This document shows positions 62,253 through 64,000 of a stretch of DNA of 64,000 bases, in pieces. Under the pieces are notes generated by a model, which was not told the origin of the DNA, did no database searches, and saw nothing but the letters and a program-made list of their open reading frames with translations. The position numbers and the translations under genes were made by a program. This DNA comes from Adineta vaga (Eukaryota; Animalia; Rotifera): assembly GCA_021613535.1 (NCBI GenBank), contig CP075495.1, positions 16,182,001-16,246,000 on the forward strand. Reading direction: 5' to 3'. Positions within the stretch are counted from its first letter, which is position 1. Every line of letters starts with the position of its first letter.

Positions 62253-64000
62253 TTTTTTTTTAATATTCAAGTTTATTGTCCCTTTATAACTAGGTTGACA
62301 ACGAAAAATAAATACAGTAAATAAAAAGAACAATGCAATACAACATTTTAAACCTTTAATTTGCTTGGATAGACATAGTACTGGAGAACAGAAAAAGATT
62401 TATGAGGAATACAGTTTGATCGATAGCGACATCTTTACATACATAATAAAAAAGAGGATCGAGACATACAGTTCGACAATTCTGTTGTACATAGAATAGA
62501 AGAAGTATAGTAAGGAGAGAGAGAAGAGAAGAGAGACATTCTTTTTTTTTTCGGTATAATATAATATAACATTATTCACATTTACATTTAGATTTCGTCT
62601 CGCTTATTCACGTATTTCTGCTAATCGTTACAAGCTGTATTACATAAGGTATTTATATATAAAATGACAGAGTGAAAAGGTGGAGTTTCTAAAATACCCA
62701 TACTGCTGATAATGATATATTAGGAAATTGCATACATCTATTTTTGTATGTTTCGCCCTCTTAGACAGCCGTACAAGAAATGCATTGTTTTTTCGCAATT
62801 CCATGCTTCGATACCATGCTTTTTTTAGGTGCTTTTACATAAAGATATTCATTGAATGTTAGTTGGTACTGATGCGCCTCTGGCGATTTGTCCAGGTGCT
62901 TATTGAATCTGTACCAGTATTCATACAGATGATCATTGAGTGTAAATTCCCTTGATATTGTATATACTGTTAGATCATCCCATTGTTTAAGATTGTAGAC
63001 TAAACGAAGTCCTGAGCAATATACATGATCAATTCTTCTTTGCTGAATTTCAGTGTAGAAAAACCAGCATGAAAAAAGCCAGTTTATATGCGGTAGAGCA
63101 TATGCATAGAATAATTTTCTTCTTAGTATATATAGCGAGATCGGTATTTCTCGAAATAATAAGCGAAGAGCATTGTAGATTTTTCTGACTTTTCGAAGAC
63201 GGTTTTCAATATATATAACCCATCCAAGTTTTGTTGTTATTTCGACACCCAAATATTTGAATCGTTTCACAAAATCAACATTATTTCCTTTATATTTTAT
63301 TTTAGGATATGGAGGAGCAACTATATCATGGACCAGCATTACTTTTGTTTTGTTCACGTTCACCGGAAGTAAGTAATCATCAGCATATTTTTCTAAGATT
63401 TTCATTGCAACTTCTGCTCTTTTTTCCAGTTCCATTACGTTTATCGAAAATTTCACTTCAAGTGCACCTTTAATCACAATTGCCAGATCGTCTGAAAACA
63501 AGTGACATACTAGATTCCTGAAAAACGAAGGTAAGAAATGAACATGTAGTCGAAACAACGTAGCTGCAAGGACTGAACCCTGCGGAGCTCCAACAAAGAT
63601 ATTGGTAGTTCTTGAAACTGCTTCACCAACACATACGGACATTGTTCGATCTTTCAACCATGAGAAAATCCACCTGAGAAGGGGTGGTGGGAAATCTAAT
63701 TTAACGAGCGTTGAGATTAGAGCTGGATGCCACATTTTGTCAAAAGCTGACATAAAATCAACAAATACAACCAGAGCCGGTCTGTTGTTCGCTGCTGTTG
63801 TTAGTCTTAGATCCTCAACTAATGATAATATACGCGTCTGTAATCTTCGTTCTGCCGTAAAACTAGATTGTTCATCAATGTAAATGTTCTTACCAATACA
63901 CCACTTTAAAATGCGTGCATGTATTATTCGTTCGAATATCTTTCCAATATTAGATAGAAGCGATATTGGCCGCAGTTTATTTACTTCTGGATATTGACCT
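62253..64000 (-). mobile_element. Non-LTR retrotransposon (LINE) 3' part with RT; runs off the window
   Basis: Open frame from the window end: LRPISLLSNIGKIFERII, FVDFMSAFD, GAPQGSVL, FSDDL, NVNKTK, FKYLGV; AATAAA + A-tail at ~62276-62253. Confidence 0.92.

Overview
Eukaryotic, AT-rich, intron-containing DNA. The (GGGTGT)n telomeric tracts, Athena/Terminon retroelement, short GT-AG introns and foreign-looking genes suggest a bdelloid rotifer subtelomere-like region (inference). In order: (1) MITE-rich 1-4.9 kb. (2) A PhzS-like FAD monooxygenase split by a 3.26-kb TE-filled intron. (3) Two tandem minus-strand Athena/Terminon segments (9.9-20.5 kb), each ending in a hammerhead ribozyme next to telomeric repeats, with an RT reached by a -1 frameshift. 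(4) A piggyBac remnant, a defensin-like pseudogene, a kelch pseudogene and tRNA-like units. (5) A ~10-kb CACTA-ended element coding a KDZ (Kyakuja-like) transposase plus a DUF3987-like AAA+ protein, interrupted by an intact hAT element. (6) Two genes sharing a duplicated membrane-anchor N-terminal module, spliced to a subtilisin in one and to a Cys-rich 41-aa repeat solenoid in the other. (7) A CACTG element and a Penelope 3' remnant. (8) A plant-like CslA/C glycosyltransferase, a second apparently intact KDZ transposase and a LINE. All family calls are motif recognition by eye; no database searches were run.
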